From Verrucomicrobia bacterium Opi.OSU.00C (GTDB lineage: Bacteria > Verrucomicrobiota > Verrucomicrobiia > Opitutales > PNEW01), in assembly GCA_002922725.1 (NCBI GenBank), contig PNEW01000004.1, positions 1-51,090 of the forward strand: 51,090 nt of DNA, in the 5' to 3' direction. Of this stretch, positions 39,522 through 49,072 are shown piece by piece; within the stretch, counting starts at the first letter, position 1, and each line of letters opens with the position of its first letter. Both the position numbers and the translations under genes were made by a program. The notes under the pieces are model-generated. The model searched no databases and was not told where the DNA came from. It saw nothing but the letters and a program-made list of their open reading frames with translations.

Positions 39522-40361
39522 ATGGATAAACATCATATTTCAAAATTTCATACTGAAGGTTATTTAATCATACCTCAATTCTTTCCTCAAGAGTTGATGG
39601 AATTACTTAAAAAAAAATGTCAGCATGACAGCGCAATACAGGATTCTCCTCTTACCCAAGCAGATAGTAAAGGCCGGGTAACCAAAGGTATTTCATGGAA
39701 AGAGAAGCGTGATGATCTCTATGGTGCGATCTCGTGTAGTGAAAACTTAGTTAATATCGCGGAAGCATTACTTGGAGGAGAAGTCTATAATTGGCACAGC
39801 AAAATTAGATATAAAGAACCTGAAGTAGGAGGAGAGGTTGAATGGCATCAAGACTACCCTTACTGGTATAAGTCTGGCCTATTACGGCCAGACGCACTCA
39901 GTTGCATGATTGCAATTGAGCGTACCAATAAGGAAAATGCATGTTTAGAGGTTTTAAAAGGCTCACACAAAATGGGTCGGATTGACCTAACAATGAGAGG
40001 GGCTGAAAACTTTAGTAAAGATAAATTATTAAAGGCCCTCACCACCTTTTCAAGAGGTGGTCACAACCCTGATGTACAGACCGGGACTGACCCTGAACGC
40101 GTTGAAGAAGCAATTAAACGTTACGAACACGTTTATTGCGAATTAGAACAAGGAGACATATTATTTTTTCATTCTAATATCTTACATGCCTCTTCAGCTA
40201 ACAAATCAAAATTCCATCGCTGGTTGCTTATTTGTACATATAATAGATTTGATAATGAGCCTTATAAAAAGGATTGTGATGGCACGCCTTATTCTACTCT
40301 GCATAAAATAGCCCCTAATGATATTTTAAAAATCGCTCGTTCAGAAATGCCTACAGTATAG
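39522..40361 (+). CDS. PhyH family Fe(II)/2OG dioxygenase
   Basis: FHTEGY, HSK..K, WHQDY.YW, ENACL.V.KGSH, GD.LFFHSN.LH.S..N.S..R. Confidence 0.9.
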   Translation: MDKHHISKFHTEGYLIIPQFFPQELMELLKKKCQHDSAIQDSPLTQADSKGRVTKGISWKEKRDDLYGAISCSENLVNIAEALLGGEVYNWHSKIRYKEPEVGGEVEWHQDYPYWYKSGLLRPDALSCMIAIERTNKENACLEVLKGSHKMGRIDLTMRGAENFSKDKLLKALTTFSRGGHNPDVQTGTDPERVEEAIKRYEHVYCELEQGDILFFHSNILHASSANKSKFHRWLLICTYNRFDNEPYKKDCDGTPYSTLHKIAPNDILKIARSEMPTV

Positions 40362-40447
40362 TTTACAACCACGGGTTTGGCTTTATAGATCCTTTTGACA
40401 CTACTTTATGATTGCGTGATAATGGTGTTTTATAGGTAATTATTGGC

Positions 40448-41263
40448 ATGAATGTTATGGATATGTTTAAGCTCAACGGCAAGGTTGCTCTTATAACAGG
40501 AGGAGCCAGGCACCTTGGAAGAGATATGGCAAATGCTCTAGCAGAAGCGGGTTCAGACTTGGTAATTACTTCAAGGACGCTTTCTAATGCCGAAATATCG
40601 GCTGAGGAAATAAAGAAAATGTATGGGATCGAAGTCCTTCCACTCGAACTCGATCAAAGTAATCACGCAAATGTTAGTCAGACAGTTAAAAAAGCTTATG
40701 AATGGAAAGGTCATATTGATATTCTAATTAATAACGCGGGAGGAGGAGGGGGATCGACCTCGGGCCCTGCTCACTTATTTAAACGCAATCCCAAAGATGC
40801 AGAGAATCTCATTGCTGTTAATTTAATAGGTGCACTCCATTGTTGTCAGGAAGTTGCCAAATTAATGGCAGAACAAAAATCAGGAAAAATAATTAATATT
40901 GCTTCGATCGCTGGGATTGTAGGTCGTGATCGGCGCATGTATGAACGTCTTAATATGAATGGGCAACCTGTAGATTATGCAGCAGCAAAAGGTGGTGTAA
41001 TTGGGATGACACTTGATCTGGCAGGATTACTTTCACCTATGGGTATATGTGTGAATGCAATCTCTCCTGGGGGATTTACAGGTCCAACACGTGGAATGAA
41101 TGATGCTTTTAGGGAAGCTTACAGTGATCGAACACCAACTGGCCATATGGGTAGAGACGAGGTTGATATCAAGGGTGCTGCGTTATTCTTAGCATCTCCG
41201 GCCTCTGATTATGTAACAGGGCAAAATTTGATTGTCGATGGTGGTTTCAGTATATGGCAATAA
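40448..41263 (+). CDS. SDR family oxidoreductase (gluconate 5-dehydrogenase-like)
   Basis: TGGARHLG, NNAG, IINIAS, YAAAK, VNAISPG, YVTGQNLIVDGG. Confidence 0.92.
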   Translation: MNVMDMFKLNGKVALITGGARHLGRDMANALAEAGSDLVITSRTLSNAEISAEEIKKMYGIEVLPLELDQSNHANVSQTVKKAYEWKGHIDILINNAGGGGGSTSGPAHLFKRNPKDAENLIAVNLIGALHCCQEVAKLMAEQKSGKIINIASIAGIVGRDRRMYERLNMNGQPVDYAAAKGGVIGMTLDLAGLLSPMGICVNAISPGGFTGPTRGMNDAFREAYSDRTPTGHMGRDEVDIKGAALFLASPASDYVTGQNLIVDGGFSIWQ

Positions 41264-42246
41264 AGCGTCAAATAACTGTTGTTGGCCTCGGTTCCATCGG
41301 TCGCCGCCATGCACGTTTACTTAGTGAAAGAAATGACATTGAACTAAATATTTGCGAACCAAACAAATCCTCTTTAAAAATTGCACGAAAAGAATTAGGC
41401 GAACTGCGCAACTATATATCGTTTGAGTCAGTGTTAGAAAAGTCACCGGATATGGTGGTCATTGCTACCCCACACTCATTACATAAAGAACAGACAATCG
41501 CAGCATTACAAGCAGGGTGTCATGTACTTTGCGAAAAACCCATGAGTGGTAATCTTGAAGACGCCCAAGCAATGCATACGGCCGCTTTATCTGCTAAAAC
41601 AATTCTTAATATCGGTTTTCAAAATCATTTTCATCCCGCATTTATTCGAATTAAGTCGATAATTAAAGCGGGGTTATTAGGCACTATCCTTCATGCTTAC
41701 TTTCATGTTGGTACCTATGTAACTCTCCTCAATTCACTATCTCGCTATCAACGGAATATTGAAGGTGCCCTATTTCTTGATTATGCACATCAACCAGACC
41801 TGTTTTATTGGTTCTTTGGAAAACGTCCTAGAGGAATTTATGTATCAGGTATCCAGGGAGGAGATTTAGAACACACATCCAACCCAAACATCATGAACAT
41901 ACTCTGCGATTATGAAGATGCCTTTCTGACCTCTATTCACTTAAATTACTTACAGCATCCGGGTAAATCGTCGTGTGAAATAATCGGTGATCAAAAGTAT
42001 TTGCATTACGACGCAGATTCTGAATCTATTCGTCTAGTCGATCGTATTAACGGATCTGAATCAGTGGAAACATATCCCTTTGAAAGGGACAATATGTATC
42101 GTCTCGAACACCAAGCTTTTTTTGATGCTGTTAAAGGCAACCGAAAACCAGAAAGCCCATCAAATGAAGCGATCGTATCGATGGAAATTATTGACGCCGG
42201 TCTACGTTCATGGAAAGAACGTCAGCGTGTTGAGCTATCTAATTAG
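41254..42246 (+). CDS. Gfo/Idh/MocA family oxidoreductase
   Basis: VGLGSIGRRH, IATP..H, HVLCEKP, D..H..D. Overlaps the SDR stop. Confidence 0.9.
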   Translation: MAIKRQITVVGLGSIGRRHARLLSERNDIELNICEPNKSSLKIARKELGELRNYISFESVLEKSPDMVVIATPHSLHKEQTIAALQAGCHVLCEKPMSGNLEDAQAMHTAALSAKTILNIGFQNHFHPAFIRIKSIIKAGLLGTILHAYFHVGTYVTLLNSLSRYQRNIEGALFLDYAHQPDLFYWFFGKRPRGIYVSGIQGGDLEHTSNPNIMNILCDYEDAFLTSIHLNYLQHPGKSSCEIIGDQKYLHYDADSESIRLVDRINGSESVETYPFERDNMYRLEHQAFFDAVKGNRKPESPSNEAIVSMEIIDAGLRSWKERQRVELSN

Positions 42247-42254
42247 AAATCTAG

Positions 42255-43250
42255 TCAGAGACTTTCCAAACTAACCCAGGTATTACTCGTTGCACTTTGG
42301 ACAATCGCTTCCAAAACTTTCATGTTGGCAATTGCGTCTTCAATTGGAGTGAATACTTCAGTGTCTTTAATGATAGAGAGAGAGAATAAATCACTTTGGA
42401 TCTCATAATGATCACATTTTGGCATCAATAATTCTGTAATGTCATTATCCTTTTGAAGCCAAAGTCTTGAATCTTCATCTACAGGATAGTTGATATTTTC
42501 AAGCTCTACCCTACCCTCAGTGCCAAAAATATTAACCCTTTGGTAACGAGATAACTGCGTTGAACAAGTAAAAAGGGATGTGCCACATCCAAAATCCAAT
42601 ATTGCAGAAACGATTCTATCAGTTTTAAATTGCGGATCAATTTCCATAACTCCACAAACCCTATTTGGCTCACGGCCAAAAATAAATCTCGATAATGAAA
42701 CATTATAACAACCGATATCCATCAGCCCTCCACCTCCTATTTCGGCTTTGTTTCTTATATCGTCTGGATTAACGTTAAAGTAAGAAAAAATAGAATGAAC
42801 CAGCCGCAGTTCACCAATTTTTCCTTCTGTAATCAATTGATATGCTTTTTGCCATTGGGGGTGATGTCGGTACATGAACGCTTCCATCACTTTTAAATGA
42901 GGTCGCTTTTTCGATTCATCGACCATTTCCTGTCCCTCCACCGATGATAGCCCAATTGGTTTTTCAAGTAAAACATGCTTTCCCGCCTTCAAAGCTTTTA
43001 TAGCCCAAGAAACATGGAGATGGTTAGGCAAAGGATTATATATCGCATCGATATCTGGATCCTCAATTAACTCTTCATAGGTGCCGTATGCTCTAGCAAT
43101 TCCTAATTCTTTAGCAACATCCTGAGCGTTATTCAGTTGACGGGAAGCAATCGCGTTAACTCTGCAATATTTCCCTTTTTGCATTGCTGGTATTACTCTA
43201 TTAACACCTATTTTTGCGGTACTTAGTATTCCCCAACGAACCTTTTCCAT
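42255..43250 (-). CDS. Gfo/Idh/MocA family oxidoreductase (xylose/scyllo-inositol dehydrogenase-like)
   Basis: WGILSTAKIG, YNPLPNHLH, KHVLLEKP, EAFMYRHHPQ, GGGGLMDIGCY. Confidence 0.92.
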   Translation of the reverse strand: MEKVRWGILSTAKIGVNRVIPAMQKGKYCRVNAIASRQLNNAQDVAKELGIARAYGTYEELIEDPDIDAIYNPLPNHLHVSWAIKALKAGKHVLLEKPIGLSSVEGQEMVDESKKRPHLKVMEAFMYRHHPQWQKAYQLITEGKIGELRLVHSIFSYFNVNPDDIRNKAEIGGGGLMDIGCYNVSLSRFIFGREPNRVCGVMEIDPQFKTDRIVSAILDFGCGTSLFTCSTQLSRYQRVNIFGTEGRVELENINYPVDEDSRLWLQKDNDITELLMPKCDHYEIQSDLFSLSIIKDTEVFTPIEDAIANMKVLEAIVQSATSNTWVSLESL

Positions 43251-43378
43251 AGTAACAATCTGGGTTTTAAAGATGATCGAGTTTGTGACCAGTAATTTCC
43301 ATATTAAATTAAATTATATTTCTTTAAGTTTAAAGACATAATTCAACTATACTTAAATCAATTTTCTAATCAATTAAT

Positions 43379-43822
43379 TTATCGATTGCTGAAATGTGCC
43401 TTCAAAACATTAAATCCACTTTGGAAAACCCCATTACCAATAAACTCAATTAGTTCTGCTTCATCATTTACATCACAATCAAATTGCGCAGTCCATTCTG
43501 CATATGTCTGATTACCATCAGTTATTGGGAGTAAACTAAGGGTTGCGATATAATTTTCAACTTTCATTGGAGATTCCAAAATACAATAGGTGAAATAATA
43601 TTTTTCATCATCCAAAGCCAGAAGCCGCTCACGAATATTACCTCCATTATCGTGTAGATTAAAATTACGGATACACCCGACACAATCACTAGCCTTATCA
43701 TTTTCTATATAACAATCGGCAACAACCGGATGCCAATCTGGTAATACATTAAAATCCCTAATTTTACCCCATACTTTATCCAAGGCTGCTGGGATTATTG
43801 AACTCGTAAACACTTTACTCAT
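43379..43822 (-). CDS. SRPBCC (polyketide cyclase/MxaD-like) family protein
   Basis: I.A..DKVW..IRDF..LP.WHP, G..R, IRERLL..D, Y...ESP, C-terminal helix. Confidence 0.85.
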   Translation of the reverse strand: MSKVFTSSIIPAALDKVWGKIRDFNVLPDWHPVVADCYIENDKASDCVGCIRNFNLHDNGGNIRERLLALDDEKYYFTYCILESPMKVENYIATLSLLPITDGNQTYAEWTAQFDCDVNDEAELIEFIGNGVFQSGFNVLKAHFSNR

Positions 43823-43825
43823 TTT

Positions 43826-44368
43826 TTATTCCTTTTTTTCTTCTGCATAAACTCGATCAAAAGATTCACTTGCAATACCACCTAAATATTCAGCCATTCT
43901 CTTGAATGATACACGGCGCCATTCCCAATCCATTGAACGACCAACTTGCTCCAGTCGATCACATAGATGAACCCGACACAGATCTTCAAAGTCATTGGGA
44001 GATAGCTTAACCTCTTCATTTTTAAAACGGTCGTAAAGCTTATAATTCATTTCTGTTCCAATAAAATTTTGATCAAAAGACTCATAAGTAAGTGCACAAT
44101 TTAAATAGGCCAGTCTCTCCGCCCACTCACCTATAAATGATTGAATTTCTCTGCGGCGATCTAATGGCAAGGTATAATCTTGAAATGTTTCTGTTCCATA
44201 AATCGAGTGAAAAATGGCCATATGACAAAGATCTTTATCACAGCCCCAGGATTTCAAGTCTCGATATACACCCATCGAATGAGCAAGGTAGGTAATATTA
44301 CTATGGCCAACATCATTAGCTCCCTCATTTCTAAAAAATTCTGTAAACTTTTTTAAATCTGAATTCAT
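43826..44368 (-). CDS. Hypothetical HD-like helical protein (DUF6817-like)
   Basis: H...YLAH..GVY..L..W...C..A.FHSIYGTE and IG..AERLAYL motifs. Confidence 0.7.
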   Translation of the reverse strand: MNSDLKKFTEFFRNEGANDVGHSNITYLAHSMGVYRDLKSWGCDKDLCHMAIFHSIYGTETFQDYTLPLDRRREIQSFIGEWAERLAYLNCALTYESFDQNFIGTEMNYKLYDRFKNEEVKLSPNDFEDLCRVHLCDRLEQVGRSMDWEWRRVSFKRMAEYLGGIASESFDRVYAEEKKE

Positions 44369-44562
44369 AACTTCATGAATACTATGTGAAATCAGTCTTT
44401 CTAAGTCTAATCAGATTTATCTCTACTCCGCTAGCGTAAAATATTAGTTTCTCCTACCAAACTGAATTAATGGCAAATATGATTACTTAGCGATAATGAC
44501 CTAAAACATCCTTAAAATTTTGAAGAAATACCGATTATCTATTATACAGCAGTGCGACCTGT

Positions 44563-44964
44563 TTATTTTAGAAATCGGTTTAGTTTGGTCTTTGATGGTA
44601 CCATACATACATCTTTTTTCCCGAACCACTGGTAACGATTACGCATAACGATATTATACCCCCAATCACGTAAAGGTTTTGGAACAAGGGAAAATATCCT
44701 AGACAGAGACCATATTCCCGGAAGGTGTCGTGAAATATATAGAGCAGCATCACTCTTCGTTAAACACTTGTCCCCATCAATAAGCACAAAAGTATTCAAT
44801 AGATTAGGGTTAAATCCATGTTTTAAAAGTAAACGCTGTCCAAATGTTGACTGTAATGGAGTAAATTTAAAATACGAATCGAGGTCATACTTAATAATAA
44901 GATTTACTGCCCCATTGCAGAGATTACATATACCATCAAATAAGATTACAGGGGGGTCTTTCAT
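44563..44964 (-). CDS. DCC1-like thiol-disulfide oxidoreductase (DUF393)
   Basis: ILFDGICNLC (DxxCxxC), PLQS, KSDAAL, RD.GY...RNRY.WFG...C. Confidence 0.92.
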   Translation of the reverse strand: MKDPPVILFDGICNLCNGAVNLIIKYDLDSYFKFTPLQSTFGQRLLLKHGFNPNLLNTFVLIDGDKCLTKSDAALYISRHLPGIWSLSRIFSLVPKPLRDWGYNIVMRNRYQWFGKKDVCMVPSKTKLNRFLK

Positions 44965-45206
44965 CGATTAGCTAACTATAATTAAAATTATATTTAAGTA
45001 GCTTCAATATAAACTGACTAGTCAACCGGCAATTATAAAATCAGCTGAGATCTTATTTACATATTAATACTCAGACATTTCTTTAAATTGATTTTAAACT
45101 CCTTTATAATATAGTTGAAAACTTGAATGATACTCGGAGTTCGAGTTATGATAAAGTTTTAAATTGTGAAAACATGTAATGTTATATATCTAATTTAAAT
45201 GCGAAA

Positions 45207-48200
45207 ATGTTCTCATTAAAACATACTATTAAATATTTACTTAAGATCCCCGCATTTGCTTTACCTTTTTTCACATGTACATTTATTTGCGCAACCACTT
45301 TGGATATCAACGATTTTTTTCCTCTAGATGTTGATTCTCAATGGAGTTATTCGGGAACAGTCACAGAAAAAAGTAATGATTTACCTATAAACTTTACTTT
45401 AGGAGCGACAATAAATCGCCAGAATATCACTGGTGGAATAATCCATGGCAGAGAGACTACTGCTGTTCTTGATCAATTAGTTTCAACGACATCAGTTGGA
45501 GGAGAATTGGTAGAGGTTAGTAAAGTCACCTACTACAGTACAAATGAATTGGAATTAGGAGTTCACCGTATAGATCTCATCGACCAAAATGATTCAGACA
45601 TTACCTTATATGATGCCCCGCTTTCTGTCATAACTCGACCATTTAATATAGGTGACACGTTTCTTTCGAGTACCAACTATACATACATCGAGGTTGATCT
45701 TGGTGAAATTTACACTGGGCAGGGATCGGAAAGTATGACCGTAACGGTTGAAGGAGTTGAACTCATTGATACACCAACTGGTAATTACGAAACTATTAAG
45801 ATTACTATTATTAGTGACTTTACTGAAACGATTATGGAACAGCATCAAGAAAAAGATCAAAATCAACAAAATTCAGCTGCAGCTCAGCAAAATAATCTTA
45901 ACAATAACAAATTAAATCAAGATCAACAACAAAATCAGAACATTCATAATATTCTTGATTCACAGGAAAGAGACCTTGAGGAGACTAATCAAAAAGAGGT
46001 CGACCAAATAAAAACTGATTCACAGGAAAGAGACCTTGAGGAGACTAATCAAAAAGAGGTCGACCAAATAAAAACTGATTCACAGGAAAGAGACCTTGAG
46101 GAGACTAATCGAAAAGAGGTCGACCAAATAAAAACTGATTCACAGGAAAGAGACCTTGAGGAGACTAATCGAAAAGAGGTCGACCAAATAAAAACTGATT
46201 CACAGGAAAAGAATTCTAAAGAGCTTAATCAAAGAAAATTAAAATTTAATGAGGAACGTAATATTATTGAAACTTACTTGCTTAAACGCAATTTGGAACA
46301 AATAAAACCCATAAGATTAATTGCAGCTGAACAAAAGCAAAGCACCGAGACCAATCAAATAGTCGAAGACAACATCGAATCACTAGAAAAAAGTCCTGAA
46401 GAGGATAATCAAAAACAAGTGATTTTTAATGAGAAGATTAGGATTATTGAAACTTTATGGCTCGCTCGTAATTTAGGCCCTGTAAAAATTACTTACGAGG
46501 AGTTATATCCGATGTCTGATGGGACAGATGAATCCTTTTCTTATATTGGTATTCTCGCTGATAGTAATCGCAGCTTAGAAGCACTACCGGTATATAAGGA
46601 AAATATTATCCCCCTTCCACCGCCATCTAATCTTGAAATATTTACTGATTTTGAAACTATTCTACCGCAAAATTCCAGCCATATTGTCGAAAAATTTACG
46701 ATCGGCGATTCACCTAAAAGCGTTACTTTTAAAGGGGGCAGTGTGGGTGGGTTAAAATCCTTTTCACAATTATATCACTCAAGTGAAAATTTTTGGTTTA
46801 TTAATAATGGTCAAACGGCAACAATTACTTTTGAAACTCCAGCTCGCGATGTTCAATTTTATGCCGCTAATTTGATCCTCAATGATGGTAAAATCAAAAT
46901 CTTTGATACAGAGGGGAACCAACTAACCGTTGTCTCAATGTTACCCGAAAACATTAACCCCGATGAAATTATAAACCCTCCTTTCTTCAGATTTAACTCT
47001 CTTGAACTGGATGCACCTGATGGAATTGGAAAAATAGAATTAACTGATAATGAAAGTATACTATCAGAGTTTGGCAGAAGTCTTACAAGTATTGATGATT
47101 TTAGTTTCAATCCAATTGAAACATCATTTGATGATATGGATCCACTGATTCTTGAAGACCCACTTAATAACAATAAGTCACGCGCTTTTACTGAAAAGAG
47201 GATTGAGGGCAAGAGCTGGGGTAAAAATAATTTTAAACAACAGGAAATACCAAAAGATGTCACCGCGCGAGATAGCCCTGAACTTATTGCGATCTCAGCT
47301 GGACTGGATCATAATTTAGCATTGACGGCTTCCGGTAAGGTTGTTGGTTGGGGAAAGGCTAATGAAGGACAGATCGATGTCCCTGAAAATCTTACTAATG
47401 TAGTTGCCATTGCAGCTGGTGATAACCACAGCCTTGCAGTTCAAGATGATGGAACTGTGGTTGGCTGGGGTAATAGTGAATTTGGTCAATCCCAACCTCC
47501 TGATGGACTTTCTGATGCAATAGCAGTAAGCGCTGGCTCAACGCACAGTCTTGCCTTACTCTCAGATGGGACAGTTATAGGCTGGGGTAAAAATACTTAT
47601 GGCCAAGCATCTGAACCACCTGGTAATCCTTCAGATATTATTGCTATTGATGCAGGAGGCTATCACAACCTTGCAGTCAAAAGTAATGGTACAGTTATCG
47701 CCTGGGGGAGGAATAATTTTGGTCAGTCAAATGTCCCCCCAGGATTAACTGGTGTCATTCAAGTATCAGCAGGAGGCAACCATAGCCTTGCGTTGACTGA
47801 AGATAGCCGGATCGCGGCATGGGGAGATAATCAATTTAATCAATTGGAGTTTGGTGATATCGGTTTAGTAGAAGCTTCCACTTTTAAAACACAAGATCAT
47901 TTATCCATTGCCTTTAATGCAAGTGCTGTAACATCCATTGCTGCCGGATTGAACCACAGCCTTGCCCTAGATAATGAAGGATTAGTTAAGGGCTGGGGGG
48001 ATAATTCATCTGGACAGATCAACATACCTTCAGGGGTTGAAAATGTTTCTATCCTTGCCGCCGGCGGTAACCACAATGTTGCTATTGTCCAATTGGGTCT
48101 CGTCTTAAGTGGAGCGGGTGATGTTGTAGGAGAGGATATCATGCACCCGAGTGGAAATGTTTTCGATCAAGTTCTCCTCACCGGTGAAAGTGTAAATCTA

Positions 48201-48932
48201 CGTGCAAAAGTTGACCAGATCACCCGGGTCTCTTTTCTTGATGAAAATGAAGATATCGTCCAGGTAGAATTCTCTGGTAGTGGGTCTTTTTCCGTAAGTC
48301 TTGATCCGAACACTTACCTTCCTCCTGCATTTCCAACAAAATATAATCAAGAAATATTGTACGTATCTGGACGTCCCAGCGTATTGATTGATGGAGCGGA
48401 TACCTCCACCTACTTTAGTATCTTCACCGTAGGGTCTATCAATGCGATAAATCAGACATTATTCCCTGAGGGAGAAGTGTACAACGCAGAGGCTAACATC
48501 ACTTTGGTAGAAATAATTAATTCTACTGGAATTGGGGGCTTACAATTATCGAATACAACTTTTTCTGCTACCTCTGGAAGAACAGGGGTTGTCGCTGAAG
48601 GAGTGCCAATTGCTGTGCGAATAACTATAGGAAACATTGATGCTAGTGGAGATGCGCTACCCTACCTACTATTTGGCGAGGGTTCCTTTACTGTCCAAGC
48701 TGCTCCTAATCCCGGATTAAGGATTACAGGAGGGAATTTATTACAGAGTAATGGTAATGCCATTATTGTAGCACCCAGTGGTTCGATTTCACCTGGATTT
48801 GATATTTTGATCTCACAAAATAATGTCAAATCTGATGGGACCCTACAACAGACACAAAGTATAAACGCTATTTTTGAAAATGCTGATGGGACAAATATTC
48901 CAATTATGATAGAAGAGATTACAATTGAATAG
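45207..48932 (+). CDS. Large secreted multidomain protein with RCC1/BLIP-II-type beta-propeller repeats and an internal 20-aa tandem repeat
   Basis: N-terminal signal-like segment, seven AxxAGxxHxxA..G.V..WG repeats (about 47200-48090), Q/N-rich and tandem-repeat segment, separate C-terminal domain. Confidence 0.85.
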   Translation: MFSLKHTIKYLLKIPAFALPFFTCTFICATTLDINDFFPLDVDSQWSYSGTVTEKSNDLPINFTLGATINRQNITGGIIHGRETTAVLDQLVSTTSVGGELVEVSKVTYYSTNELELGVHRIDLIDQNDSDITLYDAPLSVITRPFNIGDTFLSSTNYTYIEVDLGEIYTGQGSESMTVTVEGVELIDTPTGNYETIKITIISDFTETIMEQHQEKDQNQQNSAAAQQNNLNNNKLNQDQQQNQNIHNILDSQERDLEETNQKEVDQIKTDSQERDLEETNQKEVDQIKTDSQERDLEETNRKEVDQIKTDSQERDLEETNRKEVDQIKTDSQEKNSKELNQRKLKFNEERNIIETYLLKRNLEQIKPIRLIAAEQKQSTETNQIVEDNIESLEKSPEEDNQKQVIFNEKIRIIETLWLARNLGPVKITYEELYPMSDGTDESFSYIGILADSNRSLEALPVYKENIIPLPPPSNLEIFTDFETILPQNSSHIVEKFTIGDSPKSVTFKGGSVGGLKSFSQLYHSSENFWFINNGQTATITFETPARDVQFYAANLILNDGKIKIFDTEGNQLTVVSMLPENINPDEIINPPFFRFNSLELDAPDGIGKIELTDNESILSEFGRSLTSIDDFSFNPIETSFDDMDPLILEDPLNNNKSRAFTEKRIEGKSWGKNNFKQQEIPKDVTARDSPELIAISAGLDHNLALTASGKVVGWGKANEGQIDVPENLTNVVAIAAGDNHSLAVQDDGTVVGWGNSEFGQSQPPDGLSDAIAVSAGSTHSLALLSDGTVIGWGKNTYGQASEPPGNPSDIIAIDAGGYHNLAVKSNGTVIAWGRNNFGQSNVPPGLTGVIQVSAGGNHSLALTEDSRIAAWGDNQFNQLEFGDIGLVEASTFKTQDHLSIAFNASAVTSIAAGLNHSLALDNEGLVKGWGDNSSGQINIPSGVENVSILAAGGNHNVAIVQLGLVLSGAGDVVGEDIMHPSGNVFDQVLLTGESVNLRAKVDQITRVSFLDENEDIVQVEFSGSGSFSVSLDPNTYLPPAFPTKYNQEILYVSGRPSVLIDGADTSTYFSIFTVGSINAINQTLFPEGEVYNAEANITLVEIINSTGIGGLQLSNTTFSATSGRTGVVAEGVPIAVRITIGNIDASGDALPYLLFGEGSFTVQAAPNPGLRITGGNLLQSNGNAIIVAPSGSISPGFDILISQNNVKSDGTLQQTQSINAIFENADGTNIPIMIEEITIE
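45956..46209 (+). repeat. 60-bp in-frame tandem repeat, 4 full copies plus a partial copy
   Basis: Unit tgattcacaggaaagagaccttgaggagactaatc(a/g)aaaagaggtcgaccaaataaaaac encodes DSQERDLEETN(Q/R)KEVDQIKT. Copies 1-2 carry A and copies 3-4 carry G. Confidence 0.98.
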
Positions 48933-49072
48933 TACTCTATGAGAATATCCTTTTATATTCTGATTCGGGGAAATAATTATTGCGACTAAAGATTTAGGTT
49001 TGTCCCGTTGCTTCCTTAAAAAAATATTTCATCAAAAGCGACAACACCATCTTTAAGAGGAAGATCATCATT

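Noticed and set aside
45956-46209. Repeat array considered as a CRISPR
   Set aside because: The units are contiguous 60-bp copies with no unique spacers, in frame inside a CDS, and there are no cas genes in the window.
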